DNA from: Actinomycetota bacterium
Lineage (GTDB): Bacteria > Actinomycetota > Acidimicrobiia > Acidimicrobiales > WLNW01
Reading direction: 5' to 3'
DNA length: 49,875 bases
Assembly: GCA_009699605.1 (NCBI GenBank)
Contig: WLNW01000003.1
Span: forward strand, 1-49,875
Every line of letters begins with the position of its first letter. Position 1 is the stretch's first letter. Below the pieces are notes generated by a model. It saw nothing but the letters and a program-made list of their open reading frames with translations, was not told where the DNA came from and searched no databases. Below, piece by piece: positions 8,212-18,560 of the stretch. Both the position numbers and the translations under genes were made by a program.

Positions 8212-9233
8212 GCGTTGCGCTCACGCTCGCCGGTATCTCGTGGGACCCCACCGTCCGCGGCATCATGGTCGTGCTCGTCGGCTCGTCCGTGTTGATGGGA
8301 TCGGTCTGGCTGCTCGTCTCCACCAACGTGGGTGTCCGGCTCGGCACGCTTATCGCCCTGTCCGGCTTCTTCGGCTGGATCTTCATCATGGCGGTCGTCT
8401 GGTGGATCTACGGCATCGGTTGGCAGGGCCTCCCCCCCTCGTGGCAGACCCTCGACATCAACGTGGGCTGCACCAGCCAAACGGTCCAGACCGCCGACTG
8501 CGGCACTGCGGTGTCGGCGGTCGATGAGGCTCGTCGGCTCACCGCGCCCGACAAGCTGCCCGCCGCGTACGATCTCGTTACGACGTCCGACGATGCGGTG
8601 GCCAAGAAGGAATACGCGTCGCCGATCGACCCGGCCAAGCTCGAAGGACTCGCGCCCGCGCAGGCCGCCGCGCTGACCGCCGACTGGAACTCCCGGAACA
8701 AGAACACCACGCTGTCCGAGCTCGCGGCGATCTCGCCGAGCCTGGCCCGCTCGCTCGACTACGGCAAGGGCTGGCGGTTGCTCAACACCGCCCAGAGCGG
8801 CGAAGCGGTGTCCACTGCCTCCGCGCACGTCGTCGAAGAGGGCTACTTCGCCGACGCCACCGGGTTCAAAGTGCTGAACTCGTTCGATCTCGGCGGCAAG
8901 GTCCGGCTGAACGCCAACCCAACCCGCGGCGATCGCATCGTCCGCGAGCTGCGCATCGCGACGCAGATCTTCAGCCCGCCGCACTACACCGTGGTGCAAG
9001 TCCGCGCTGTGGTGCCCCAGACGGCGGCCCCGGGCGAGGCCCCACCACGGCCGGTTCTCGACCAGAACTCACCGATCATCTCGGTCGTGATGGAACGCGA
9101 CCTGGGCAACAAGCGCCTCTATCCGTTCCTCACCGCCCTCGGGTCGCTCCTGTTGTTCATCGTTACGGCCACGATGCTGCACTACCGGGACAAAGAAGCC
9201 ATGGCGCGCCGCGCGGCGGCCGGGACAAGGTGA
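8208..9233 (+). CDS. Uncharacterised membrane protein (2 N-terminal TM, large soluble domain, 1 C-terminal TM)
   Basis: ATGA overlap with the cytochrome c stop; hydrophobicity pattern; ends 8 bp before nuoA. Confidence 0.8.
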   Translation: MSVALTLAGISWDPTVRGIMVVLVGSSVLMGSVWLLVSTNVGVRLGTLIALSGFFGWIFIMAVVWWIYGIGWQGLPPSWQTLDINVGCTSQTVQTADCGTAVSAVDEARRLTAPDKLPAAYDLVTTSDDAVAKKEYASPIDPAKLEGLAPAQAAALTADWNSRNKNTTLSELAAISPSLARSLDYGKGWRLLNTAQSGEAVSTASAHVVEEGYFADATGFKVLNSFDLGGKVRLNANPTRGDRIVRELRIATQIFSPPHYTVVQVRAVVPQTAAPGEAPPRPVLDQNSPIISVVMERDLGNKRLYPFLTALGSLLLFIVTATMLHYRDKEAMARRAAAGTR

Positions 9234-9241
9234 TCTGAACC

Positions 9242-9742
9242 ATGGTCGTCGCGTCGAACCTCGGGCAATACCTGCCGATCGTCCTCATGATGGGACTGGC
9301 TGCGGCGTTCGCCGCGGGTTCGTTCGTGGCGTCCGGCCTACTGGCCCCACGCTCCCCGAATGATCGCAAGCGAGCCCCGTACGAGTGCGGCATCATCCCG
9401 GCCAAGGAGACTCCCGAGCGCTTCCCGGTGCGGTTCTTCCTGATCGCGATGATCTTCATCGTCTTCGACATCGAGATCATCTTCTTCTACCCCTGGGCGA
9501 TCGCCCACAAAGAGGTCGGATGGTTCGGCCTGGTCGCCGTGCTCATCTTCTCGTTCGCCGTGTTCGAGTCGTTCGTCTACCTGATCGCCAACGGTGCCCT
9601 CGAGTGGGGCCCAGTGAAGCGACTGCGTGACGTATCGGCCACCATGCGGTTGACCGACATGCGGTCGGCCGAGCGCACCAGCACGAGCACCATTCGTCGC
9701 GTGGGTCTCGAAGGCCGCGAAGAGGGCGGAGAGGCAGCCTGA
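9242..9742 (+). CDS. nuoA: NADH-quinone oxidoreductase subunit A
   Basis: [38 protein letters not shown]; about 45 aa C-terminal extension. Confidence 0.95.
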   Translation: MVVASNLGQYLPIVLMMGLAAAFAAGSFVASGLLAPRSPNDRKRAPYECGIIPAKETPERFPVRFFLIAMIFIVFDIEIIFFYPWAIAHKEVGWFGLVAVLIFSFAVFESFVYLIANGALEWGPVKRLRDVSATMRLTDMRSAERTSTSTIRRVGLEGREEGGEAA

Positions 9743-9743
9743 C

Positions 9744-10325
9744 ATGGGACTCATCACTGACGTTCGCGATCACGGCTTCGAAGGACTCGAGCACAACTTC
9801 CTCACCGGCAAGCTCGAGGATTTCGTCAAATGGTCCCGGGCCCGCAGCTGCTGGCCGGCCACCTTCGGTCTGGCCTGTTGTGCCATCGAGATGATGGCCA
9901 CGGGTGCGGCGCACTACGACCTGTCGCGCTACGGCATGGAGGTCTTCCGCGCCTCGCCGCGCCAGGCCGATCTGATGATCGTCGCCGGTCGGTTGTCCCA
10001 GAAGATGGCTCCGGTCCTGCGCCAGATCTACGACCAGATGATGGAACCCAAGTGGGTCATCAGCATGGGCGTGTGCGCATCATCGGGTGGCATGTTCAAC
10101 AACTACGCAATCGTGCAGGGCGTCGATCAGATCGTTCCGGTCGACGTCTACGCCCCCGGGTGCCCGCCAGGCCCCGAGACCCTGATGCACGCCATCTTCA
10201 CCCTGCACGACCTCATCCAGTCGGGTGAGCTCACCCAACGCCGCGAGGCCACCGGCCGGGGCGCAGGAGTGCTCGTCGAGCAGCGCGACGGGCAAGCGGT
10301 ACCCGTCATCATCGGAAGCCGCTGA
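9744..10325 (+). CDS. nuoB: NADH-quinone oxidoreductase subunit B
   Basis: [25 protein letters not shown] (cluster N2 ligands). Confidence 0.97.
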   Translation: MGLITDVRDHGFEGLEHNFLTGKLEDFVKWSRARSCWPATFGLACCAIEMMATGAAHYDLSRYGMEVFRASPRQADLMIVAGRLSQKMAPVLRQIYDQMMEPKWVISMGVCASSGGMFNNYAIVQGVDQIVPVDVYAPGCPPGPETLMHAIFTLHDLIQSGELTQRREATGRGAGVLVEQRDGQAVPVIIGSR

Positions 10326-10327
10326 GC

Positions 10328-10855
10328 ATGGCCGACCAAGATCCGGGCGCTGCCGCGGGCGATGCCGCAACCGAACCGCCGCGCCGCCACGGAGCGCTCG
10401 TCGCGTCCTCGCGCGGCCAGACCGTCCTGCACGCCGAGCGGGCCCAGTTGCGGACCCTCGTGGCTGCGCTCACCGCTGAAGGATTCGATCAGCTCATCGA
10501 TGTCACCGCGGTCGACTACTCCGTGGCCGACCAGCCCCGCCCGCTTCCGGCGGAGGTCGTGCCCGAGCGATTCGAGGTCGTGGTTGGGCTGTTGTCGCAC
10601 GGTTCGCGCGAACGAGTCCGAATCCGAGTGCAGGTGCCCGAGTCCGAACCCACCGTGCCGTCACTGTTCGACGTGCACCCCGGGTGCGAGGCGCTCGAGC
10701 GCGAGGTCTTCGACATGTTCGGCATCGTGTTCGAAGACCATCCCGATCTGTCACGCATCCTGATGCCCGAGGACTGGATCGGCCATCCCCTGCGCAAGGA
10801 TTACGCCGTCGGGCGTATACCGGTGCAATTCAAGGGCGCACCGTCGTCGCGGTGA
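10328..10855 (+). CDS. nuoC: NADH-quinone oxidoreductase subunit C
   Basis: EREVFDMFGIVFEDHPDLSRILMPEDWIGHPLRKDY. Confidence 0.95.
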   Translation: MADQDPGAAAGDAATEPPRRHGALVASSRGQTVLHAERAQLRTLVAALTAEGFDQLIDVTAVDYSVADQPRPLPAEVVPERFEVVVGLLSHGSRERVRIRVQVPESEPTVPSLFDVHPGCEALEREVFDMFGIVFEDHPDLSRILMPEDWIGHPLRKDYAVGRIPVQFKGAPSSR

Positions 10856-10865
10856 AGGGATCCAC

Positions 10866-12152
10866 ATGACCGCAACGAACCTGAACGAGACCGCAGACCG
10901 AGTACGCCGCCGCGACGCGAGCCCGGTGCTGCGCATGTCCGAGACCGCCGCTGCCAACCTCGATGGCAACCCGGCGGACCCCGCCGACGACGAGCGCATG
11001 ATCATGAACATGGGCCCGGCGCACCCGTCGACCCACGGCGTGCTCCGGCTCATCCTCGAACTCCAGGGCGAGACGGTGCTGCGGTGCAAGCCGGTCGTCG
11101 GCTACCTGCACACCGGCATGGAAAAGACCGGCGAGCAGCTCTCCTTCCTGCAGGGACCGACCAACGTCACCCGCATGGACTACAGCTCGCCGTTGTTCAA
11201 CGAGCTGGTGTTCTCGATGGCCGTCGAGACCCTCCTCGAGATCGAGGTGCCCGAGCGCGCCACGTGGATTCGCATGATGATGTGCGAGCTCAATCGCATG
11301 AGCTCGCATCTGCTGTTCATGGCCACCAACGGCATGGATCTCGGCGCGGTCGGCATGATGATCTACGGCTGGCGCGAACGCGAAGAGATCCTGCGCTTCT
11401 TCGAGAAGGTCACCGGCCTGCGCATGAACCACAACTACATCCGCCCCGGCGGGGTAGCTGCGGACCTCCCCGACAACTGGCAGGCCGACCTCACCGAGCT
11501 CCTCGACGTGCTTCCCGAACGCCTCGACGAGTACGACATCCTCATGAGCGGCCAGCCGATCTGGCGCGATCGCCTGCAAGGCGTCGGTGTCCTGAACACC
11601 GCCGAGGCATTGGCGCTCGGCGCGACCGGCCCCATCTTGCGCAGCACCGGCCATCAGTGGGACCTCCGCCGCGACGAGCCCTACCTGGCCTACGACCAGG
11701 TCGACTTCGACGTGATCGTCGGCACCTACGGCGATTCGTACGACCGCTACGCGATCCGCCTGAACGAGATTCGCGAGTCGTTGCGCATCGTGCGCCAGTG
11801 CATCGAGACGATGCCCAAAGGCGACTACCGCATCCAGGACAAGAAGGTCACGCCTCCGCCCCGGGCCCGCATCGATCAGTCGATGGAAGCGCTCATCCAT
11901 CACTTCAAGATCTTCACCGAGGGCTTCAAGGTGCCCGAGGGTGAGATCTACGTCGCGGTCGAATCGCCTCGCGGTGAGCTCGGCTGCTATCTCGTATCCG
12001 ACGGCGGGGCGCACCCGTACCGCATGCACATCCGAGGCCCGTCCTTCGTGAACCTCCAGACGGTTCCCTATCTCCTCCAGGGCGGCGTCATCGCCGACGG
12101 CGTCGCCGCCGTGTCCTCCGTCGACCCGATCATGGGCGAGGTCGATCGCTGA
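10866..12152 (+). CDS. nuoD: NADH-quinone oxidoreductase subunit D
   Basis: NMGPAHPSTHGVLRL, GYLHTGMEK, RMDY, ESPRGELG, GEVDR. Confidence 0.97.
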   Translation: MTATNLNETADRVRRRDASPVLRMSETAAANLDGNPADPADDERMIMNMGPAHPSTHGVLRLILELQGETVLRCKPVVGYLHTGMEKTGEQLSFLQGPTNVTRMDYSSPLFNELVFSMAVETLLEIEVPERATWIRMMMCELNRMSSHLLFMATNGMDLGAVGMMIYGWREREEILRFFEKVTGLRMNHNYIRPGGVAADLPDNWQADLTELLDVLPERLDEYDILMSGQPIWRDRLQGVGVLNTAEALALGATGPILRSTGHQWDLRRDEPYLAYDQVDFDVIVGTYGDSYDRYAIRLNEIRESLRIVRQCIETMPKGDYRIQDKKVTPPPRARIDQSMEALIHHFKIFTEGFKVPEGEIYVAVESPRGELGCYLVSDGGAHPYRMHIRGPSFVNLQTVPYLLQGGVIADGVAAVSSVDPIMGEVDR

Positions 12153-12769
12153 TGGCGCGCCTGTCGTCGGAGAACCTCGAGACCGCGTACGAGATCATCG
12201 CGCGGTACCCCGTGAAGAAGTCAGCGCTCATCCCGTTGCTGCACCTCGCGCAGGAACAGGACGGCTGGGTCACCGACGTCGCGATGGCCCACATCGCCGA
12301 ACTCGTTGAGGTCACGCCAGCCGAGGTCATCGGCACCTGCACCTTCTACGAGATGTTCAAGCGCAAGCCGGTGGGGAAGTACGTGGTGAACATCTGCACG
12401 AACATCTCGTGCCAGCTCCTCGGCGGCGAGGAACTGCTCCACCACGCCGAGCAGAAGCTCGCCATCAAGGCCGGCGCGACTACCGCCGACGGGCTGTTCA
12501 CCATCGAGGACGTCGAGTGCATCGCGGCGTGCACCGAGGCGCCATGCCTGCAGGTGAACTACCGCTACTTCCACAAGATCACCCACGGCGAGTTCGACTC
12601 GCTGATCGATGACCTCAAGGCGGGCACCCGCGACGAGATCCCGGCCCACGGCACCCTTGCCAAGGTCCGCCAGCACATTCCCGCGGCCCGGCGGGCGGGT
12701 GCGGTCGCACCCACTGATCGCGCCGAGCCTGTATGGCTCATCCGCAACCGACAAGAGGGTGCGTCATGA
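12152..12769 (+). CDS. nuoE: NADH-quinone oxidoreductase subunit E
   Basis: CTNISC...ECIAAC [2Fe-2S] N1a motif; TFYEMF. Confidence 0.95.
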   Translation: MARLSSENLETAYEIIARYPVKKSALIPLLHLAQEQDGWVTDVAMAHIAELVEVTPAEVIGTCTFYEMFKRKPVGKYVVNICTNISCQLLGGEELLHHAEQKLAIKAGATTADGLFTIEDVECIAACTEAPCLQVNYRYFHKITHGEFDSLIDDLKAGTRDEIPAHGTLAKVRQHIPAARRAGAVAPTDRAEPVWLIRNRQEGAS

Positions 12770-14133
12770 CCATGAACGACGTGCCCAAGATCATCACGAG
12801 CCGCTTCGACCAGGGCGACGCGCACACGCTCGACGGATATCGCCGCACCCACGGCTACGAAGGGCTCGCCGCCGCGCTCGAGAAGACGCCGCAGCAGGTG
12901 GCCGACGAGGTCAAGGCCGCATCGCTGCTCGGTCGCGGCGGCGCCGGCTTCCCGGCCGGGATCAAGTGGACTCTTGCGCCGGCCAACGTGTGGCCGCGGT
13001 ACCTCGTGGTCAACGGTGACGAGTCCGAGCCCGGCACCTACAAGGACCGGATGCTGCTCGAGCGCGATCCGCACCAACTCATCGAGGGCGTGCTGATCGC
13101 CTGCTACGCCGTCGGTTGCGGCCAGGCGTTCTTGTACATTCGCGGCGAGATGGCCCACGCCCAAGAGCGCATGGCCGCCGCACTCAACGAGGCGTACGCC
13201 GCGGGCTTCGTGGGCAAGAACATCCTCGGCACCGACTTCTCCGTCGACGTGGTGCTGCACTGGGGCGCCGGTGCGTACATCGTCGGCGAGGAGACAGCGC
13301 TCATCGAGTCTCTCGAAGGCAATCGAGGCATGCCCCGCTTGAAGCCACCGTTCTTCCCGGCGGCCAAGGGCCTGTACATGCAGCCCACCATCGTGAACAA
13401 CGTCGAGACGCTGTCGAACCTGCCGTGGATCATCCGCAACGGGGTCGACGAGTGGAACAAGCTGGGGGCCGAGACCTCGAAGGGCACCCGCGTGTTTGCG
13501 GTGTCGGGTCACGTGAACAACCCCGGCGTGTTCGAGGTCGAGTTCGGCGTGACCACCTTCCGCGACATCATCTTCGATCCGAAGTTCGCGGGGGGCATCC
13601 GGGGCGGCAAGGCGCTGAAGGCGTTCATCCCCGGTGGTGCGTCGGCACCGTGGTTCTACGAGGAACACCTCGACCTGCCGCTCGAGAAGGTGGCCATCGA
13701 CAGGGCCGGCTCGATGCTCGGCTCGGGCGCCATCGTCGTCATGGACGAGGACACCGACATGGTCAAGGCCGCGTTGCGGCTGGTGCGGTTCTTCGCCCGC
13801 GAGTCGTGCGGCAAGTGCACGCCGTGCCGTGAAGGCACCACGTGGATGGAGAAGATCATGCAGCGCATCCTCGATGGCCATGGCCGCCCCGAGGACGTCG
13901 CACTGCTCATGGACACCGCCGACAACATCTCGGTCGACTTCATGTGGCCGCCGCGCATGACCACGATCTGCCCGCTCGGCCAGTCGGCCACGACACCGAT
14001 CGCCAGCGCCGTCATGCGGTTCAAGGACGAGTTCGAACGCTACGTCGGCGGCCCCATCGAGCTCAACGTCACGGTGAAGGGCGCCGCGTTCATCGGTCCC
14101 CCCACCCGCAAGAAGGAGGGCTCCGGTGTCTGA
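12766..14133 (+). CDS. nuoF: NADH-quinone oxidoreductase subunit F
   Basis: GRGGAGFP, NGDESEPGTYKDR, GEETALIESLEG, ESCGKCTPCREG...ICPLG. Start set at ATG 12766 (ATGA overlap with nuoE). Confidence 0.96.
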   Translation: MTMNDVPKIITSRFDQGDAHTLDGYRRTHGYEGLAAALEKTPQQVADEVKAASLLGRGGAGFPAGIKWTLAPANVWPRYLVVNGDESEPGTYKDRMLLERDPHQLIEGVLIACYAVGCGQAFLYIRGEMAHAQERMAAALNEAYAAGFVGKNILGTDFSVDVVLHWGAGAYIVGEETALIESLEGNRGMPRLKPPFFPAAKGLYMQPTIVNNVETLSNLPWIIRNGVDEWNKLGAETSKGTRVFAVSGHVNNPGVFEVEFGVTTFRDIIFDPKFAGGIRGGKALKAFIPGGASAPWFYEEHLDLPLEKVAIDRAGSMLGSGAIVVMDEDTDMVKAALRLVRFFARESCGKCTPCREGTTWMEKIMQRILDGHGRPEDVALLMDTADNISVDFMWPPRMTTICPLGQSATTPIASAVMRFKDEFERYVGGPIELNVTVKGAAFIGPPTRKKEGSGV

Positions 14134-16624
14134 CACCGCCGCTCCAACAACCGTCGCGATCACCGTCAACGGTGTCGCAGTCGAAGCCAAACCGGGCGAG
14201 CTCGTCATCGATGCGTGCGAACGCAACGGCGTCTACATCCCGCGCTTCTGCTATCACTCGCGCATGCGCGCCGTGGGCATGTGCCGCATGTGCCTCGTCG
14301 AGATCGACGGCGGTCGCGGCCCGGCGCTGCAGCCGAGCTGCATGGTGTCGGTCAGCCCCGACATGAAGGTCTTCACCGAGTCACCGGTGACCAAGAAGGC
14401 CCAGGACGGCATCCTCGAGTTCCTGCTGATCAACCACCCGCTCGATTGCCCGGTGTGCGACAAGGGCGGCGAGTGCCCGTTGCAGGATCAGACCATGGCC
14501 TACGGCCCGGGCGAGTCGCGCTTCGTCGAAGAGAAGCGCCACTTCGAAAAGCCCATCCCGATCAGCGATCTCGTCTACCTCGACCGCGAGCGTTGCATCC
14601 TGTGCGATCGCTGCACGCGCTTCGCGAAGGAGGTGGCCGGTGACCCGCTGATCCACTTCCAGGGCCGGGGCAACCTCACCGAGGTCAACACCTTCCCCGA
14701 CGATCCGTTCTCGTCGTACTTCAGTGGCAACACGGTGCAGATCTGCCCGGTGGGTGCGCTCACTGCGAAGCCGTACCGCTTCAAGGCCCGCCCGTGGGAT
14801 CTCGAAGAGGTCGAGTCCACCAGCGTCGTCGACTCCGTCGGCTCGCGCATCTCGGTCCAGTCGTCGCGCGACCGCGTGCTGCGCTTCGTGGGCGTCGACA
14901 GCGACCCGGTCAACTGGGGCTGGCTTACCGACAAGGAGCGCTTCAGCTTCGAGGCGCTCGACCACGAAGGCCGCCTCGGCGGGCCGCTCATGCGCGGCAA
15001 CGCGCTCGGCAAGCTCGACGCCAAGGGCGATCAGCTCGTGCGGGCCACGTGGGCGCAGGCCTTGGGGGCCGCGGCTAGTGCGCTCACCGAAGCCGGCCCG
15101 TCGCGCGTCGGGGTCCTCGGTGGCGCACGCCTCACCAATGAAGCGGCGTACGCGTGGGCCAAGCTGACCAAAGGCGTGCTCGGCACGGACAACGTCGACG
15201 CCCAACTCGCCGACGGGCTCCCGGCCGATGTCGTGCTCGGGTTGCCTCGCGCCACCATCGACGAGGCTTGCACCCCGGGCGGCGTCATCGTGCTGCTCGG
15301 CCCCGACCCCAAAGAAGAGCTCGGCGCGCTCTACCTGCGCCTGCGCCACGCGGTCATCGAGGACCGGGCCACGCTCATCGAGCTCACCCCGCGCTCCACG
15401 GGCTTGTCGAAGTTCGCCGCGCATCGCCTGCACCCGCGGCCCGGCGAAGTTGGGGAGTTGGCCACCGCACTGGTCGCCGACGTTGCGCCTACTCGGGCCA
15501 TCGCCGGGGTCGAGCCTGCGGCGATCGCAGCCGCCACCGCAGCGTTGCGGTCGGGCAAGCCCGTCACGGTCATCCTCGGCCGGACATCGCTGGCCGAGGG
15601 AACCGACGCCATCGTCGAGGCGGCCCTCACCCTGCGCGACGGCTTTCCCGGGGTCAAGTTCCTCAGCGCGCTGCGCCGCGGCAACGTGCACGGCGCGCTC
15701 GACATGGGGCTCTCTCCAGGGCTGCTGCCTGGGCGCACCACCCTTGCTGCCAGCCGCGCCGCCTTTGTCGACGCGTGGCCGAACGTGCCGACCGCGACCG
15801 GGCTCGACGCCACCGGAATCCTCGAAGCCGCGGCGTCCGGGCGCATCACCACGCTCGTGCTGCTCGGCGCCGATCCGCTGCGCGACTTTCCCGACGCCGC
15901 GCTCGCCAAGAAGGCGCTCGAGACCGTCGAGATGCTCATCGCCGTCGACCTGTTCGTCACTGATTCGGGACGCCTCGCCGATGTGGTGCTCGCCGCCGCG
16001 GCATCCTCCTCCGAGGTCGACGGCTCGTTCACCAACCTCGAGGGTCGGGTCACTGCGGTGCGCCAGAAGGTCACGCCGCCCGGCACCGCCCGCGCCGACT
16101 GGATGATTGCCGCCGAACTCGCGACCCGCCTCGGCGGCGACCTCGGACTCGAATCGGTCGAGCAGATCCGGGCCGAGCTGGCCGCCTTGTCGCGTATCCA
16201 TGAGCCGTTGGCCACCGGTGCGTTCGGTGATCGCGACGGCGTGCTCATCACCGGAGGATCGGTCACCGTTGCGCCTCGCGAGCGCGCGGTTGTCCCGAAG
16301 AGCGATGCGTATTCGTACCGCCTCATTGCGACCCGTTCGATGTACGACCTCGGCACCGTGCTGCAGCACAGCTCCTCGAGCGCGCACCTTGCGCCCGGCA
16401 CGGCCGTGCTCTTGCATCCGCTCGACTTCGACCAGCTCGGCGTCGAGGCCGGGGCCCGTGTCAAGGTGTCCGCCGCCAAGGCGTCGCTCCACACCATCGT
16501 GCACCCCGACGCCGGGGTGCCCCGAGGTAGCGCGGCCATGTTGTTCAACCAGCCTGACGCAGATGTCGGTGGCCTTCTCGATGCACGCGCCGCGGCGATC
16601 GACGTCCGGGTGGAGCGCGTATGA
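14126..16624 (+). CDS. nuoG: NADH-quinone oxidoreductase subunit G
   Basis: IPRFCYH...GMCRMC...PSC (N1b), HPLDCPVCDKGGEC (N5), CILCDRC...ICPVGAL (N4), molybdopterin-oxidoreductase-like C-terminal part. Confidence 0.96.
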   Translation: MSDTAAPTTVAITVNGVAVEAKPGELVIDACERNGVYIPRFCYHSRMRAVGMCRMCLVEIDGGRGPALQPSCMVSVSPDMKVFTESPVTKKAQDGILEFLLINHPLDCPVCDKGGECPLQDQTMAYGPGESRFVEEKRHFEKPIPISDLVYLDRERCILCDRCTRFAKEVAGDPLIHFQGRGNLTEVNTFPDDPFSSYFSGNTVQICPVGALTAKPYRFKARPWDLEEVESTSVVDSVGSRISVQSSRDRVLRFVGVDSDPVNWGWLTDKERFSFEALDHEGRLGGPLMRGNALGKLDAKGDQLVRATWAQALGAAASALTEAGPSRVGVLGGARLTNEAAYAWAKLTKGVLGTDNVDAQLADGLPADVVLGLPRATIDEACTPGGVIVLLGPDPKEELGALYLRLRHAVIEDRATLIELTPRSTGLSKFAAHRLHPRPGEVGELATALVADVAPTRAIAGVEPAAIAAATAALRSGKPVTVILGRTSLAEGTDAIVEAALTLRDGFPGVKFLSALRRGNVHGALDMGLSPGLLPGRTTLAASRAAFVDAWPNVPTATGLDATGILEAAASGRITTLVLLGADPLRDFPDAALAKKALETVEMLIAVDLFVTDSGRLADVVLAAAASSSEVDGSFTNLEGRVTAVRQKVTPPGTARADWMIAAELATRLGGDLGLESVEQIRAELAALSRIHEPLATGAFGDRDGVLITGGSVTVAPRERAVVPKSDAYSYRLIATRSMYDLGTVLQHSSSSAHLAPGTAVLLHPLDFDQLGVEAGARVKVSAAKASLHTIVHPDAGVPRGSAAMLFNQPDADVGGLLDARAAAIDVRVERV

Positions 16625-17838
16625 TTTTCGGTCTCGATCCGCTGTACGACGACTTCTCGGCCTGGGGAACCACGCTCATCCTCGTCGTGGCCAAAGTGCT
16701 GATCGTCTTCGCGTTGCTCATGGTCGCGGTCATGTTCATGATCTGGTTCGAACGCAAGCAGATCGCCATGATGCAGAACCGCATGGGCCCCACCGTCGCA
16801 GGCCCGAAGGGGCTCCTGCAGACCCTCGCCGACGGGGTCAAGCTCTTCTTCAAGGAAGACCTCGTCCCCGAGAACGCCGATCGCAAGGTGTTCAAGCTCG
16901 CGCCTTACCTCGCCCTGGTCCCCGCCTTCTTGACGTTCACGATCATCCCCCTCGGTGGCAACTTCCGGGACAAGGCGGGCAACGTCAAGATCGCCGGCCA
17001 TTTCACGTCGCTGCAGGTGGCCGACCCGCCGATCGGGCTGCTGTTCTTCCTCGCCATGTCGGGCGTCGCGGTCTACGGCGTGATGCTCGCGGGCTGGGCG
17101 TCGGGCTCGAAGTACCCGCTGCTCGGCGCCGTGCGGGCCTCGGCCCAGATGGTGAGCTACGAAGCGGCGCTCGGGCTCGCAGTCGCCGCGGTGTTCCTCA
17201 AGTCGGGCTCCTTGTCCACCCACGACATCGTGGCCGGCCAGTGGGGCTCGGGCGGGTGGAGCATCCGCGACTGGAACGTGCTCGCCACGGGTTTCGTGCC
17301 CTTCGTGATCTTCCTCATCGCCGGGACCGCCGAGCTGAACCGACCGCCGTTCGATCTCGTCGAGGCCGAGCAGGAGCTCGTCGGTGGGTTCCACACCGAG
17401 TACAGCTCGATCCGCTTCGCCATGTTCTTCCTCGCCGAGTTCATGAACGTCATCACGATGTCGGCGATCATGGTCACGTTGTTCTTCGGTGGTCCGAGCG
17501 GGTTCTTGTTCGGTCCGTCGTGGCTCAAGGTGATCCTGCCCACGTTCTGGTTCATGGCCAAGCTCTTCTGCTTCCTGTTCGCCTTCGTCTGGTTCCGGGG
17601 CACGTTGCCCCGGCTGCGCTACGACCAGCTCATGGATCTTGGGTGGAAGGTGCTCATCCCGCTCGCGCTGTTCTGGTTCGTGATGCTCGGTGCCATGGAA
17701 GTGGCGGCCGACAACGGGTGGAATCGCGTTGCGATCGTGCCGATCGCCATCGGCGTGCTGCTGGCCGGCTCCGCCCTGCTGCTCGGCGCCAACCGAAGCG
17801 CGCGCACGGCGCGAGAACGTGACGAGGTGGCGGTCTGA
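16621..17838 (+). CDS. nuoH: NADH-quinone oxidoreductase subunit H
   Basis: ERK...QNRMGP, ADGVKLFFKED, AQMVSYE, NRPPFDLVEAEQELVGGFHTEYS. Confidence 0.96.
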   Translation: MIFGLDPLYDDFSAWGTTLILVVAKVLIVFALLMVAVMFMIWFERKQIAMMQNRMGPTVAGPKGLLQTLADGVKLFFKEDLVPENADRKVFKLAPYLALVPAFLTFTIIPLGGNFRDKAGNVKIAGHFTSLQVADPPIGLLFFLAMSGVAVYGVMLAGWASGSKYPLLGAVRASAQMVSYEAALGLAVAAVFLKSGSLSTHDIVAGQWGSGGWSIRDWNVLATGFVPFVIFLIAGTAELNRPPFDLVEAEQELVGGFHTEYSSIRFAMFFLAEFMNVITMSAIMVTLFFGGPSGFLFGPSWLKVILPTFWFMAKLFCFLFAFVWFRGTLPRLRYDQLMDLGWKVLIPLALFWFVMLGAMEVAADNGWNRVAIVPIAIGVLLAGSALLLGANRSARTARERDEVAV

Positions 17839-18560
17839 TGGGGTACCTCAACGGCTTCGCGGTCACGTTCCGCAAGCTCTTCCACAACACCCCCACGGGG
17901 GCGATCGTCACCACCGAGTACGGCGGAGGTCGCGGGCGCAAGCACGACGAAAAGCGGCCCAAGGCCGATCGGGTGCACGGCCGGCACGTCCTCAACCGCT
18001 ATGAGGACGGCATGGAGAAGTGCATCGGCTGTGAGCTCTGCGCCGGTGTGTGTCCCGCGAAGTGCATCTACGTGCGCGGTGCCGACAACGACCCCGAGAA
18101 CCCCACCTCGCCCGGTGAGCGGTTCGGGTTTATCTACGAGATCAACTACCTGCGGTGCATCCACTGCGACCTCTGCGTTGAGGCGTGCCCCACCGAAGCG
18201 ATCACCGAGTCGAAGCTGTTCGAGTTCAGCTTCACCAACCGGCAGGACGCGATCTACACCAAGGCCGAACTGCTGGTGGGCGACGACGGTATGCCGAAGC
18301 ACCTGCCCTGGGAAGACTGGCGCCCTGGCGAAGATCTCATGACCTCGGCCTGGATGCGGGCGACCTCGCCTTCGGGCGACGCCGACTACGTCGGCAAGGT
18401 CGCGTGGTCCGGCGAGCTCGGCTACGGCCTGCGGGCCCCCGAATCAGGGCAGACCACCGAGGGCGCATGGCCGCCGCCGGCGGGGGCTAGTCACGACGAT
18501 CACGGTCACGACGATCACGACGATCACGATCACGGTCACGCGCACGGGGGGAATCACTGA
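17838..18560 (+). CDS. nuoI: NADH-quinone oxidoreductase subunit I with His/Asp-rich tail
   Basis: CIGCELCAGVCP and CIHCDLCVEACP. Confidence 0.95.
   Translation: MGYLNGFAVTFRKLFHNTPTGAIVTTEYGGGRGRKHDEKRPKADRVHGRHVLNRYEDGMEKCIGCELCAGVCPAKCIYVRGADNDPENPTSPGERFGFIYEINYLRCIHCDLCVEACPTEAITESKLFEFSFTNRQDAIYTKAELLVGDDGMPKHLPWEDWRPGEDLMTSAWMRATSPSGDADYVGKVAWSGELGYGLRAPESGQTTEGAWPPPAGASHDDHGHDDHDDHDHGHAHGGNH

Noticed and set aside
12630-12690. NuoE C-terminal EIPAHGTLAKVRQ as a fourth copy of the IPEHLLERS motif
   Set aside because: Only IPAH matches; the LLERS part is absent, so it is too weak to count.
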